A program made the translations under genes and the position numbers. Below the pieces are notes generated by a model, which saw only the letters and a list, made by a program, of their open reading frames with translations, had not been told where the DNA came from and searched no databases. A stretch of 62,758 nucleotides of DNA, counting the filler, from Octopus bimaculoides (Eukaryota): assembly GCF_001194135.2 (NCBI RefSeq). It is 5 parts of 4 records of this genome, joined end to end, with 100 filler letters (N's around TTAATTAATTAA, not from the genome) between each part and the next. Parts side by side here need not be neighbours in the genome. Positions count along the whole stretch, not along the records: positions 24,674 to 42,365 come from NC_068990.1; positions 42,466 to 52,378 come from NC_068982.1; 3 more parts are not named here. One strand, 5' to 3'. This document shows positions 34,501-49,360 of the stretch, one piece after another; position 1 is the first letter of the stretch; each line of letters begins with the position of its first letter.

Positions 34501-34809
34501 CAATGAATATTTTAAAAAGTAGGCCTACCTTCAGGATGGAATTTGAAGTTTACATACCCCAATATCAATTGATTTCATGCTGTGCATGAGAAAACACGCT
34601 TTGCAATCATCAGTTGGAGACAGTATTTAACATCTATTTCTAAAATATTCATTACGAATATATCAGATTGAGTAAAAAATAAGCAACGTTTTGAAGAATT
34701 TGTACCGGATTTTTGCAGAGGTTTGAATTTTTTAAAAACATTTGTCTGATAATATACACATCGACTTTCCCAAATGCCTCAATTTTTTCACCGTTGTTAC
34801 AATCATCTG

Positions 34810-36639
34810 TGACCGAGTTGGTCGTGAATTTTGTTTGTGCGTCGTTTGAGAGGTTAGTGAACGATTTTTGAATAGTGTTTGTTGTTAATTGCTGTATCTT
34901 GAGACAGTTGCTTTTGCTGCCTTACGGCAATTTTGTTAACGCTGTCCCCTTTGTTTGAGGAGGGAAGCGCATTACTTGTGTCTTCATGATGTATGAAGAT
35001 TTGAATTCTTCAAACGTAACGATGTCTGAAAAAGAATTGCTGAGAAGTTTGAATATTGTTAACCAGAAGAGGGAAAAAATGAAGGTAGAAAAAAAAAAGG
35101 AATTTTGCAGCTCCGGCTGGTGAAACAAGAGAAGAGATTTGTGCTAAGAAGGAGGAGTTGAACAAGTACAGGGAAATCCTGCGAAGGGAGGGGCACGAAG
35201 TAAAAGTGACCCCTGTAAGTAAAGTTACAAAGGAAACGCAACAAAGACAATAATATATAGAACTTATAGTCTGGATGCAAAGAGAATGGAGGTAGTGACA
35301 AAACTACAAGATGAGAAGGCATTAAGACCCATCTGGTAGGATGTCACCTACCTTGTCAGAGGGAGGAAATACGCAACTGAGGAGGTGCGATTTGCAGACA
35401 ACATTTAGTAGCCTCCAGGAGAAGGCCAGACAACATTTAGTAGCCTCCAGGAGAAGGCCAGACAACATTTAGTAGCCTCCAGGAGAAGGCCAGACAACAT
35501 TTAGTAGCCTCCCTGAAAACGGATGACGTAATACTTCTGCCTAATTACCTTGGAAGGCATGTTTCTAGAGTGGGGCGTGTGTGTGTGGAAGAGACCCCGC
35601 CGGGGTGGCAGCAATACTGCTGGGTATAGAGGATAAGATTAAGGTCCTTCAGGCAACGAGAACGTCGATGAAGAATTGGCAAGGGTAGAGCCTGGAGATA
35701 ACCATCCAGGCTGCCCCGGAGAACACCATAACGGTGGGAGACGAGGCGGTATTGAGAGTTATAGTGGAGGGCAGGGAGCCCTGCTGCTATAAATGTGGCC
35801 AAAAGGGTAATAAGAGAGGAGTGCCCTCTACCGACCAAAAGACACCAGCAGCACTGCAGCCCGAAGGAAAATCGCACCTTCACCTCCTGCAATGACAAGT
35901 GGTGCAGGAGGGAGGAGGAGGGGCCCCAGCAAGGAGGATGGCAAGGAGGCACAATTGGAGGAGGAGAAGACAGAAGAATGGAAAACGGTAAACCGGAAAA
36001 AGAGAAAAAAGTAGAACTCAGGGTATTGATGTTAACCCCCTCTTATTCCCACCCGACCTCACCCCACTCTGCCCCATTCTCCCCCTGCATACATCAACTC
36101 TCATCCTACCCCACCAGACACTGATACTATAGCTACACACACACACAGGAGCCCCAAATTTCTCAACCCGCACCCTGTGAAAAATGTTGCATTGTTTTGT
36201 ACAATGAGTCACTCGATGAGTTGTGCGAGAAAATAAGCAATCTCGACGAGATGATAAAAGTCGATATTGAAGGGTGTGAGGGAGTGCCCTCGCAAGTTAA
36301 ATGTATATGAATGGACAGAAAGAACTCGCAAAGATTAAGTGAGGATTACGGGAGAAATGTCATTATCTCACAAAAGAAAATTGATAACAGGGGAGTGCAG
36401 TCAACGAAGCTTTCATGAACGTTTAAAAGAATTTAACATTGATATATTAGGTGTTTTAATTGTTTTAAAAAAGTTTCAGTGAGGTCACTAGGATTGTGGG
36501 GTCCGAGTTGCCTTCATTTCATCCATTCATTTTTTATACCATCCTTCTCATTCGTTTTACTTTTATTACCACTTTTTGTTTTTGACCATCTTTGTACTGT
36601 CCCCCTATGTTTAGCCCCCTGTGGGCAATTAAAGAATCA
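34810..36639 (+). mobile_element. Internally deleted non-LTR retrotransposon (ORF1 with CCHC-like knuckle; L1/Tx1 best guess) inserted in the mariner 5' UTR
   Basis: 16-bp TSD TTGTTACAATCATCTG at 34794-34809 and 36640-36655. VLRVIVEGREPCCYKCGQKGNKR-(fs)-ECP near 35750-35830. T-rich 3' UTR ending gcaattaaagaatca. Confidence 0.72.
35395..35512 (+). repeat. 32-bp tandem repeat, 3.7 perfect copies
   Basis: CAGACAACATTTAGTAGCCTCCAGGAGAAGGC starts at 35395, 35427 and 35459, with 22 nt more at 35491. Confidence 0.97.
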
Positions 36640-37749
36640 TTGTTACAATCATCTGAGATGGAACTGTCAAAGCGCGATATTCGAGCAATTTTACTATTCA
36701 ACTCCAAAAAAGGATGTAGATCAGCTAAAAATTTTCGCGATATCAACGAAACGTTTGGTGAGGAAATGACCAGTGAGCGGTCAGCTCGAAAACGGTTTAA
36801 ACGATTTCGCAATGGAGACATGAGCCTTGAAGATCGTGAGTGTAGTGGACGCCCATGGTCAATGATGACGGTCAATTAATGACTGTCATTGAGAAAGGTC
36901 CACATAAAACCACTCAAGAACTGGCAAAAGAACTTCAAGTTAGCCAGAAAACTGCCTGCAACCATTTGTATGCGATTGGAAAATTAAAAAAAGCTCGATA
37001 AATCAGAAAATGCGCAGATATGAAATTTGCTCGACGCTTCTTCTCCGTAACCAGACCGATCCATTTATCGACCGTATTGTAACTTGCGATGAAAAGTGGA
37101 TTCTGTACAATAATAAAGAAAACGTTTTTCGCAGTGGTTGGGGCAAAATGAAGCACCGAAAAAACCTTCCCTAAATCCGAGGTCTTCAAAAAGAGGGTTA
37201 TGGTGACTGTTTGCTTGTATACTGCTGGATTCATCCACTATAACTTCTTAAAACTCGGAAAAACTATTACTGCAGAAACATATTGCCATGAAATTGCCAA
37301 AATGAACGAAAAACTGCGACTTCGTTCCAGACTGGTCAACAGAAGAGGGTCAATCATTCTTCATGACAATGCTTGACCACACATTTCACTAATGACGCTC
37401 CAGAAGTTGAGGGAACTTGGCTACGAAGTTCTTCCTCACCCAGATTATTCTCCAAACCTTTCTCCTACTGACTGGCACTTTTTCAAGCACCTTGATGGTT
37501 TCCTGTGAGAGAAGGTGTTCAAAAATCAAACCGATGCTGAAAGTGCGTTTAAAGAGTTCAACAGCTCCAGAACTCCAGATTCTTATGTTACCGGAACAAA
37601 CAAACTTGTAACTCGTTGACAAAAATGTGTTGATTGTAATGGTGCTTATTTTGAGGAATAAAATTTTCACGTTGTTGAAATATATTGTGATGAATTTCAT
37701 GTTTCAAAACGTTGCTTATTTTTTATACAGCCTGATACATATAAATATG

Positions 37750-37808
<59 letters not shown>

Positions 37809-38602
37809 ACATATATACATACACACACATATATTCTCTTTTTTGTTTCAGTCAGTGGAATACGGTCAAGCTGGGGTGTCGCTCGAAACGATTTTAGTCG
37901 ATCAAATCGAGGTCAGGACTAATTTTTAAAGTCTGGTCATAATCCTTCTATCCGTTGTTCTTACGAGGACATTAAGAAACGAGCAAATGTTGTCAAACAC
38001 ACCGACCATTGCAGATACAAACACATATGTAACAATAATAAGTAGCAAATACATGTCAGGAAGAAAAATTATTAGCCGTAAGGTCTTCTATTTATCGCTA
38101 CAATGTGAGATACAACTTCTTTCAGTTGTTGCTATAAACATTAGTTTTAACCCTATAGTCCACTTTGTAGGTATTGAAACTCATCTCTGAGTGACTGCTA
38201 GAAGAACGAATGGAAGGAGAGAGTAAGAGTAAAAGAATTTACCACACCGTTTCAACAACAAGCGAGGATGACAGTTGCGTCGTCCCGCAGTGACAAGCCA
38301 TGCATAAAATACCCACTTTGGTTAGGGGCTAAGTGAAAGGGGTGAAAGTAGTAGAACTGTGTATGAGTACTGTATTTATACATGTTTGAAAGCTGGTTGT
38401 TGGTCGGAGAACAATGGAAAGCAATCGGTTTATCTCTCCTGAACTGTATTGAACCCAATAATTTTGACTTAAGTGTTTCAGTTGATACTCATAAACTTTT
38501 TTAAGTGTTAATATCGCGAACAATAAGAAGGAAGTCGTAGAAAAATTTAGACTAGGTTCGAATCTTGGTTAAGTATCTAGGAAGCTATTTGCTACATCCT
38601 GT

Positions 38603-38645
<43 letters not shown>

Positions 38646-38834
38646 CCAGAGGATGTAGCAACCGTTACCAATATAGCATAAGAACTTACCTTAGGAGATC
38701 ATTAACTAGATTCCTTAAGGGTCGTTCTCACAGTTTATATTTATATTATAAGGTTTTTAAACTTTTAAATTTTCATATTCAAAAGAGACAGAGACTTCAA
38801 ATTCGATATATCGATTTATATATATATATATATA

Positions 38835-40118
38835 CCAGGTCATCACATAAGTTCTGTCCGAATTTTGAATAAAGAAAACAAGTGATCAAATGTTATATTT
38901 GATTGAAATTTAATCATCAATGTACTTTCCCTGATTATCTATGACTTCCTTCCATCTATTTACAAGCTTTTTAATCCCATCAATGTAAAACTCTTTTGGT
39001 TTCAAAGCAAAGAACTCTGAAATGTCAGTTTCGACCTTCTCCTGGCTTGCGAAAGTTATGTCCCCTAAATGATTCTGTAAACTACGAAACAAATAGTAGT
39101 CTGAAGGATCATGGTCCGGAGAATAAGGTGGATGGGGAATTTTTCTCCAACCAAGCTCTTCGATCTTCTGTGATGTGATCTTTGCAGTGTGGGGTCGTGC
39201 ATTGTCCTGATGAAACATCACTCCTTTTCGATTCACTAAAGCGGGTCTTTTTTTCTTCAAAGCTTGGTTCAAACGCTCTAATTGCTGACTGAGCATTGAA
39301 TGTTGCATTAGGTAATAATAATTCAAAGTGAATTACTCCTTTGCAATCCCACCAGATAGAGAGAAAAACCTTTTTTCCATGAAGTTCCCTTTTCGGTTGT
39401 GGTTGAGCTTTTTCCTTTTTTTACCAAGCCACTGTTTACGACGTTTAATATTTCGATAGAGGATCCATTTTTCGTCACCAGTCACAAGTCTATCCAAAAT
39501 GGGTGAAATGAGTTCGCGAGAATGGAGAGAAGAGCAGATGTCAACTCGGAATTTGCAGTTGCTTTCGGACAATTCATGAGGCTCCCATTTTCCAAGTTTA
39601 GGAACCTTTCCAAGTTGTTGAAGATGACGATGAACAGTTGTATGATTTGAACTAAGCTTTATTGCCAATTCTTCAACTGATAATGCAGGATTTCCTTCCA
39701 GTAATGTCTCAAGGAGCTTATCATTAAACTTAGCTGAATGTCCTGTTCGATCTTCATCTTCAAGGCTGAAATCTCCACTTCTGAATTTTGCAAACCATCT
39801 TCTGCAAGTTCTTTCATTCAAGCATTCTTTCCCAGAAACTGAGTGTATGTTTCGAGTCACTTCGGCTGCAGAGTTTCCTTTTTTGTACTCATAAATCATT
39901 ATGTGCCTCAAATGCTCTTTGGATACTTCCATGTAAGAAAGGGTTTTAATCAGAGAAATTTTAATTCTATTATTCTGTAAAATAATATTTAATTAGTTTA
40001 AATGTACACAAATGCATAAAAATAATTTTTAATTCCATTAGACATTCTAAAATACTATTAAATTTCATTCAATTTAAAAAAAAAGGTAAAATCGGACAGA
40101 ACCTATGGGATGACCTGA
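38835..40118 (-). mobile_element. Full-length mariner element (1284 bp, DD34D) with frameshifted transposase
   Basis: 27-bp TIRs (38835-38861 and 40092-40118, 3 mismatches), TA TSD on both sides. ORF pieces 39932-39333 and 39326-38910 carry WEPHEL, VTGDEKW, HQDNARPH and HPPYSPDHDPSD, with 34 residues between the last two Asp. Confidence 0.95.
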
Positions 40119-40403
40119 TATATACACATGGTATTCTTCAGCACAGTTTCCTGCAACCAAATTTATTTACAAGATACTGGTTATCCCAGGCTACTGTAGA
40201 AGACACCTGGTCAACGTGCTGCATATTGAAACTGAACTCGAAGCCATGTGCGATCTGGAAGCTTGCCAGGCGAACTTATTAACTGTACAGACATCACTGC
40301 ACATATTTATATAGACATATACATGCATACATACATATACATACACGCATTCAAACACATATATGCACATACATCAAGATATAAATATGAATTTACATAT
40401 GTA

Positions 40404-40478
<75 letters not shown>

Positions 40479-40541
40479 NNNNNNNNNNNNNNNNNNNNNN
40501 NNNNNNNNNNNNNNNNNNNNNNNNNNNNNNNNNNNNNNNNN

Positions 40542-40577
<36 letters not shown>

Positions 40578-40929
40578 TATGAATGAGTATGTGCATGTTT
40601 TAGCGTGTGTGTGTATATAAATCTAAAGCAATCGTAAAGAAGAAAATGCCCACCGAGCAACAATCTCCTTGAAGCTTTCGAAATGGTTATTTTCAGAATG
40701 GGGAAAAATATAAAACTGAAGAGTGAATGATAACCTCTTGCAAACAACTGTCGAGAATCGCAAAAAAAAAAAAAAAAAAATGTAAAATGTTCCTGGAAAC
40801 AAGAAATTTGCAAACGTCAATAAAACAAGAAAACACGTCTGGAATATACTAAAGCACAATAATAACCTACTAACAAATAGAATTACCGGCAGTTATGTAA
40901 TGATTACTAATAAAAGTCTCAATTCAATA

Positions 40930-41790
40930 AACAAAAAAGTCAAAGACATTAGCCTCTAGTCTAAATATCAATAGTAGAGTCGAAATTCTTGTCATAAAAT
41001 GACTTACATTACTATCAAGGACGATGATGCTAAATTTTAAAATAATCCCACAAGACAAAACCAACCAAAACAGAAACCGGAACTATTAAAAGACACATTT
41101 TAGATTGAGTCAACTACAAAATTAATGGTGGTGCATCAATAATAAATTGGTTGAGAAGCATCAAGAATAAACGTTTTCGCACGCAGTTTGATATTACAGG
41201 CTACTACCCATTCATTGCAAAACATTTACTATTAAAAGCTTTAGAAACCACTAAACACTCTCCAATTACAAATAATTATATGCAAATAATAATGTATGAT
41301 ATAAGATTTATTGTTTTTTATTAATAACATATGAATCGAGACGTAATGTGCAAAACTTTTCGCTTCAAGAGATTCCACAGAAATTTCAAATTCGTTTTAT
41401 TTATTCTAAAGTTGATCTATATAAGATCTAACTTCATTAATAGTGACATTCGAAGAAATGATGGTTTATTAATCTTCAAAATTCCCGATGAAGGTATTTA
41501 AAGGCAATCTAATAGTAACATTTAAACGGAAGATTTAACCTTAATATGCAAAATTTCCAATTTTTCGTTTGCCCCCTAACAATTCTGATATTCCATCGCC
41601 ATCACAAAATTTTGATATTTTGATACTGTGATTCTCTTCTGAAGTTGACAATTTCTAATATATTACTATCACTTCTTAAAATCAGTAACTATACTGGGCA
41701 TAGACCGGATTCCTTATTTTCACCGATATTATCTTATATTATTTAGAACTTTCTAATGATTACACTAATATCAAACTATATGTGTATACC
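40930..41790 (+). mobile_element. Degenerate Penelope-like reverse transcriptase remnant
   Basis: ITIKDDDAKF*NNPT, IINWLRSIKNKRFRTQFDITGYYP..KHLLLKALE and RRNDGLLIFK parallel the PLE RT motifs FITLKDHK..NF..NP, QFDIxxFYPSI and YRDDGL. Boundaries are approximate. Confidence 0.62.
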
Positions 41791-42177
41791 ATGAAAACGA
41801 ATAATTTCTCAATAAAAAGGGGATATGGTAATGTTTGATGGTTATTTCGGAATTCGAGTGGTAGATGCCGATATGGGACATGTGCAATGGTGTAGAAAAT
41901 TGTATGACATTACATAATATTTTAAATGTACAAAACAAACTTGTTGGTCAATCAACCTCCAGTTAAGGTTTGCCATACAAATCAGGTTAATACCAAACGT
42001 TATCTACAATGATAGGAAAAGAAAAATAAAGTAAAAAGAGATAAACAAATGGAAGGAAAATGGAAAGAAAATTATAAAGGGGAAAATATCAGACAAGCAA
42101 ACGAATGGCTGAGTATATACATTAAGCACAGATTTTCAAGAGCTGCAATCGTAATTTCTTTTGTGCTAGCATGAACC

Positions 42178-43525
<1,348 letters not shown>

Positions 43526-44117
43526 CCGCTTTTTTGTCCATGTTCATTATTCTTATCTATATTCAAATGTATTCTAGTTATGAAGTTCTAAGAGGCAAAC
43601 CGGCAGAGTCGGGCGAAAAAAATGTCCTGCAGCATCCGTTCCAGTGGTTCTTTAACATTCTGACAGCGACGTTTGCAACGGCGTTGTTGCCAAACTACGT
43701 ATCGACACGAGTCGGCGGTCTTAGTGAGATGGCTCGAGTAAACTAGAATCGCCCGATGAATAGTGTTATGGCCCAAGAAAATTAGCTGTGATCCGAGGAA
43801 ATTAGCGTAGGCTGAATGACTACCACTAGTAATGATTAGCGAAAACTAATGATGTTCACAAACGGAACTTAATTTGATCGACGAATAAATAATTACGTTT
43901 CGAGCAGAGCTCTTTGTTAAAATGGAAAACACAGACGTACATTGAGAATGGTAATTGCTGCTGCTGCTGCTGCTTTGTTTACAATTCAACCCTGATTGAA
44001 GGCATTCCAGCCTTGACCGTCCCGTAGATTTAGTAATATCTTGGACTACATTATTTAATATCCTCTCACCATTTTTTAATGACATTAACGGATGATTTAA
44101 GTAAGTTTCACTACAAT

Positions 44118-44356
44118 TTCTTATTTCTTTATTACCCACAAGAGACTAAACATAGAGGGGACAGACAAGGACAGACAGAGGGATTAAGTCGATTACATCG
44201 ACCCCAGTGCGTAATTGGTACTTAATTTATAGACCCCGAAAGGATGAAAGGCAAAGTCGACCTCGGCGGAATTTGAACTCACAATGTAACGGCAGACGAA
44301 ATAACGCTAAGCATTTCGCCCGGCGCGCTAACATTTCTGCCAGCTCGCCGCCTTTC
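44118..44356 (-). mobile_element. Full-length family A SINE with LINE-derived 3' tail
   Basis: GGCGGCGAGCTGGCAGAA head, core, and tail ...cccctctatgtttagtctcttgtgggtaataaagaaataagaaa. Confidence 0.9.
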
Positions 44357-44644
44357 ACTACTGTTTCTAACAGACCGAATGATTTAATAGAGGTCCTCTC
44401 ATCGATTCACTGAGAGTTTCGGTGCTTACATCGGTAAAAAAAAACAGATCTCATGACAGTTGCAGAAATCGTACTATCGAAGCGCAGGTCGGTAAGCTAG
44501 GTACTCTAGAGAATAAGCTAGTTGCATGCCATGGTCAATGAAATCTTTTGTCATCGTCATTTCCTTCCATCAAAAATGCAGAACAAAAGTGATAATGTGT
44601 CTTATTTCTCATGCGAGGTGTCAATTACGGCATCAAATAATAAC

Positions 44645-44880
44645 CAATCGATCAATCAAAATCTATGGCCTACGGAGATATATATCCACACCAAGAGACG
44701 CAGACTCCTTCCGCTCGGCATCTTTCTATATCATCAGCCAACTTCAGATTTTCCGCCATTTTCCTTCCTAACTATTCATTAATATGGCTCAACCACTCCG
44801 TTTGTGGTCTTCCTCCGTCCTATACTTCTTTTATCCGGAAGATTTGTCCAGGCATGACCAAGTATGAGAGAAATGTGATA
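44645..44880 (-). mobile_element. Short RTE-type LINE 3' fragment
   Basis: GGRPQTEWLSHINE*LGRKMAENLKLADDIERCRAEG resembles the RTE C-terminal GRPRxxWLxxIKEW motif; (TGAT)-like tail. Confidence 0.55.
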
Positions 44881-44903
44881 CAATGATATATCGATGTGCA
44901 TGA

Positions 44904-45008
<105 letters not shown>

Positions 45009-45270
45009 TAAATATGTGTTTTCACGTGTGAGTGTCCACCTGTGTGTATTATGTGAGTTGTGTTTATATACGTATAATTGTGTTTATATACGTGAGTGCT
45101 TGCCTTGATATCTATGTGTGCGTATGAAATATTTGCTAGTTTACGAAATAATATCACAAATAATTATTTGCTACGTGATTTTCCAAATGGCTGATTTAGC
45201 TTGATATGTCATGTGATTTTAAAGGAAAATGTCTAAAAGAAAACTAAAATCGAGCGGAAAGTAACGAAGG

Positions 45271-45302
<32 letters not shown>

Positions 45303-45324
45303 TACATACATACATACATACAAG

Positions 45325-45367
<43 letters not shown>

Positions 45368-45392
45368 TCACACACACATTTTATATATACGT

Positions 45393-45428
<36 letters not shown>

Positions 45429-46099
45429 ACTGTGAAGAGAGAAAAGGAGAGGGAAAATGATTTAATGTAAGTCTTTTTCATGCAAAAACCATACGTAAAC
45501 AATCAAATATTTACTTTAAAAAATATATTTAAGTAGTATTAAATTTTTTTTTTTCAAGGGAAAGTTCGATAGTGACTTTCAAGTTTCACTGGTAATTGAC
45601 TTCGTCAGACCGTTATAATAGTTACAGTGATATACATGTAGCCATCTTGTAGACAGAGCATAATGGTGCCATGTAGGCGTGGTTTATATATTCAATTAGT
45701 ATTTATATTACTACCTTATAAATATCTACTTTCCACTTTTTTTTTCTCATTCTATTCTTTCGTCGTCCTTTCGGTGTCGATAAATTACATACACATAGAC
45801 ACACATACACATAGACACACATAGACATAGACACACATGTATATACATACATTTCATTGTGCGTGTGTGTGCTTGGAAGGAGAGTGAGAGTGAATAAGAG
45901 AGAGAGAAAGCTGAGGTTTAATACACAACCAGCTATGGTGTTTGATATTTCATAAACAACTTTTCAGAGACACACTCCTTTAACGTCAATGGCACAGTGG
46001 CAACGCTAAGACTCTAACAAAATTTTCATCAACCAGCAGGTGTGCATTCAACTCCCTGTACAGTATGGCACACTTCTTGTAAAATATTCTTTTCTATTC

Positions 46100-46520
46100 T
46101 AAGGACAAAGCCCGAAATTTTGGGGTAGGGGCCACTCGATTAGATCGACCCCCAGTACGCAACAGGTACTTAATTTATCGACCCCGAAAGGATGAAAGGC
46201 AAAGTCGACTTCAGCGGAATTTGAACTCAAAGCATAAAGACGGACGAAATACCGCTAAGCATTTCGCCCCGCGGGCTAACGTTTCTTATTTCTTTATTGC
46301 CCACAAAGGGCTAAACATAGAGGAGACAAACAAGGACAGACAAAGAGATTAAATCGATTACATCGACCCCAGTGCGTAACTGGTACTTATTTAATCGACC
46401 CCGAAAGGATGAAAGGTAAAGTTGACCTCGGCGGAACTTGAACTCAGAACGTAACGGCAGACGAAAGACCGCTAAGCATTTCGCCCGGCGCGCTAATATT
46501 TCTGCCAGCTCGCCGCCTTT
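46100..46520 (-). mobile_element. Two tandem family A SINEs; the 46281-46520 copy has the LINE-derived tail
   Basis: Two copies of the core tcgaccccgaaaggatgaaagg; tail ...ctatgtttagccctttgtgggcaataaagaaataagaaac. Confidence 0.88.
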
Positions 46521-48970
46521 CGATCTGTAAAACATTAAACAAGTAAATGTTTTAGCTCGGTGCTCTGTTACCAAACTATTTTAACAGGAGTGTTTTCTAA
46601 CCCTCGACATTACTGAAAGCTATGTTGTTGTTTATGGTAACGATATGACTGGCATATCAGTTACTTAGAGGACAATATTTCAGAAGGACATTCAGAAAAC
46701 ATGTTTACCGGCTGCTGTACAGGAAATTAAACAGATGTGTTTACATAAAATTTAGATAAGGTACATTAGCTGGATATAGGTTACAGTGGGGCTGAATGAG
46801 AATGCAGTGGTCGTTAGTTCATACTTCATTGGAATGAAGTGGTTCTTCAGTTATGTAAACAGTAAAGCATAACTCTTCTAGTTTTAGTTTAGATGTAAAA
46901 TGATTTAGGATAAACTTGTCTGCCGTATTTGATGTCACGTGGCCAGTGACATCAATGTTCAACATTACTGTAGTTTTGCTCCAGGCCAGGCCCGATTAGC
47001 AGACCAATGTTTGAAGACGGTCTAACCATGATAGTAAAGATTTTCTGTTGTTATTGTTGTCGTTGTTCGGGATATATGTATCCAGGAATACATTATCTAA
47101 TCTATTTGTAGCAGATCGATCGGCATTGTAAGGGTTTTCTTCTTGTGATGATATAGAAAATGAGTTAGCATATTCGTGATTCCTTTCACCCTAAAGTTAT
47201 GGACACCATGATAATAATAATTATATCCGAGTTAAGCACCAGGCCATTGATTTTGAAGGGAGGAGATTGGTCGATACCCTTGTCCCAATACTTGACTCGA
47301 AAGGATGAAAGGCAAAGTTGATCTCGGTATGGTTTGAACTCTGAATGTAAAAGAGTCGAAACAGATACCACAAAGCATTTTTCTGACGCTCTAACAACTC
47401 TCTCAAATCAATAATAAATTATGACGTTTTATCAGATGCTGCTTATTGCTGGTTACTCTGTGCCCGATATATCCTGTCTAGTGGTTAGCTGGCCGGCGTC
47501 TTACTACTACACCTCAATCAATTTATTGAGAGAGAAGAATGTGCGTGCACCCAACAGGATTTAAAATATAATGTGTCAAGGGGCAGCAGAGCCTCCCATG
47601 GCAAAACCAATGATCAACCTAGATAGGAGACAGGCGTGACTATACTATAGTCCTAACGAAATACAACATGGTGGTACGACTAGTTTCGAATATTATACTT
47701 GAACGGTCAGAATTCAGGTTAAACTGATAACTGGAAAAGCTAGTTGGGTTGGTGGCATCTCTCGTTGCGAATGTACTGATTTTGAATGAATGTATATTCG
47801 CCTTAACTATATAACAGTACACGTTGCAATTGGCTTGATTTCTCTGACATCTAGCTTTGCCTGAGCTACGTTCATCAAAGTGGTTATGTATTGGATTTTA
47901 TCAATGTTTCTTCTATCATATATAAGGTTATTTACAGACGAATTATGTACATGTAACAGCGTCAATTCATGCTTGTGTGACCGTTTAATTCTTTCACCGA
48001 TGAGTTTTCATCGTCTACCTAAGTCGCCATTGTCGGCGTCGGCATCGTTGTGTTGTTTTGTTGATCTGTTTCTTGTTTTGTTGTCCTTGTTCTTGTTTAG
48101 TTCCAGGTCATCCCTGACTAAAAGTGCTGCAGCCATTACTGTCTCATCTATTTTAAGATAATGTTTTTCTGTGACTATTTCCTCTATTAAGACAGTCGTA
48201 TGCTATTTTAAAGAGAAACTTTTGATTTTACTATTTTCGGTTAGTTGGACGATAAGCTTAGAGGATCGTACCTCAATAAACAATCAATAAATTCGAATCT
48301 ATTATGTTGTTACCTCAATACATTTGTATATGCCACTCAATTCATATTGTCGTATATATGCTAAATAAATATTTACTTGTTACATCTCACAACTTGTGAA
48401 CAATAGCGTCGTTAGTCACAGGATCGCCATAGATCAGTCTTAAATTCACTGCATTTCTGGTATTGAGAGTGACAAGGGATCGTTTGTAAATCGGTACATT
48501 TCATTCAAAAACCATCAAGTTTTTGTCTTTGTCGATATTTACATCATTCACTAATATAAGGCAATAGATATGAACATAAAAACAGTTATATACATACAGT
48601 ACTTGATGACTACTTTTTACTGTTTAGTTAGACAATGACAATTTTCGTGGCTTTTATTGTTCAAGACTTCCAAGACGTTTGAGAGATAGGCAGGAATTTA
48701 TCGTCAAACCTGAAGACTGATCCGAATATTTGCAATAGAGTCAACCCTGCAAACGGCATTCCAGGGCCAGACGGTGATGTTAAACAACGTATTGGATTAA
48801 GCCTACCATTTATTCCAACAAAACGTAGGAGCTTCTACGTGGTCATTTGACCTACCAGAAATAGAAGCCTGACCATCTGTAAATCATATTCTAAACTCTC
48901 AAGAAAGAAAGATACATTGGATAATATAGTCCAGGGTATAACATTCCTGGGAAAAAGTAATTGACAGAAT

Positions 48971-49360
48971 GTTGTTGTTGTTGGCACTCCGTTGCTTACG
49001 ACATCGAGGGTTCCAGTTGATCCGATCAACGGAACAGCCTGCTCGTGAAATTAACGTGCAAGTGGCTGAGCACTCCACAGACACGTGTACCCTTAGCGTA
49101 GTTCTCGGGGATATTCAGCGTGACACAGTGTGACAAGGCTGACCCTTTGAATTACAGGCACAACAGAAACAGGAAGTAAGAGTGAGAGAAAGTTGTGGTG
49201 AAAGAGTACAGCAGGGTTCGCCACCATCCCCTGCCGGAGCCTCGTGGAGCCTTAGGTGTTTTCGCTCAATAAACACTCACAACGCCCGGTCTGGGAATCG
49301 AAACCGCGATATTATGACCGCGATTCCGCTGCCCTAACCACTGGGCCATTGCGCCTCCAC
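48971..49360 (-). mobile_element. Full-length family B SINE (tRNA-like head, possibly Arg) with TSD
   Basis: Head GGAGGCGCAATGGCCCAGTGGTTAGGGCAGCGG...GGTTTCGATTCC and an (AAC)n tail. TSD AATTGACAGAAT (48959-48970) versus AATTGACAAAAT (49361-49372). Confidence 0.92.

Larger units (their letters stand above)
34663..37735 (+). mobile_element. Mariner element (DD34D, pseudogenised), ~1.23 kb, split by a nested 1.83-kb insertion
   Basis: 33-bp TIRs at 34663-34695 and 37703-37735 (4 mismatches), TA on both sides. The transposase runs from ATG 36658 to TAA 37661 with stops and frameshifts; motifs IVTCDEKW, HDNA*PH and HPDYSPNLSPTD. Confidence 0.88.

Noticed and set aside
35395-35512. 32-bp repeats as a CRISPR array
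   Set aside because: The units are directly tandem with no spacers, there are no cas genes, and the context is eukaryotic.
44700-44745. CUGAUGA on the minus strand as a hammerhead
   Set aside because: It is part of an RTE coding remnant (LADDIER) with no GAAA or stems.
45560-45615. Third hammerhead on the minus strand (CUGACGA...GAAA...UC); also CUGAAGA hits near 1754 and 46856
   Set aside because: Stem II does not form and stem I is at most 3 bp, or GAAA is missing.
49290-49360. Functional tRNA genes (also other A/B-box heads)
   Set aside because: The heads run directly into SINE bodies and lack a complete cloverleaf and acceptor stem.
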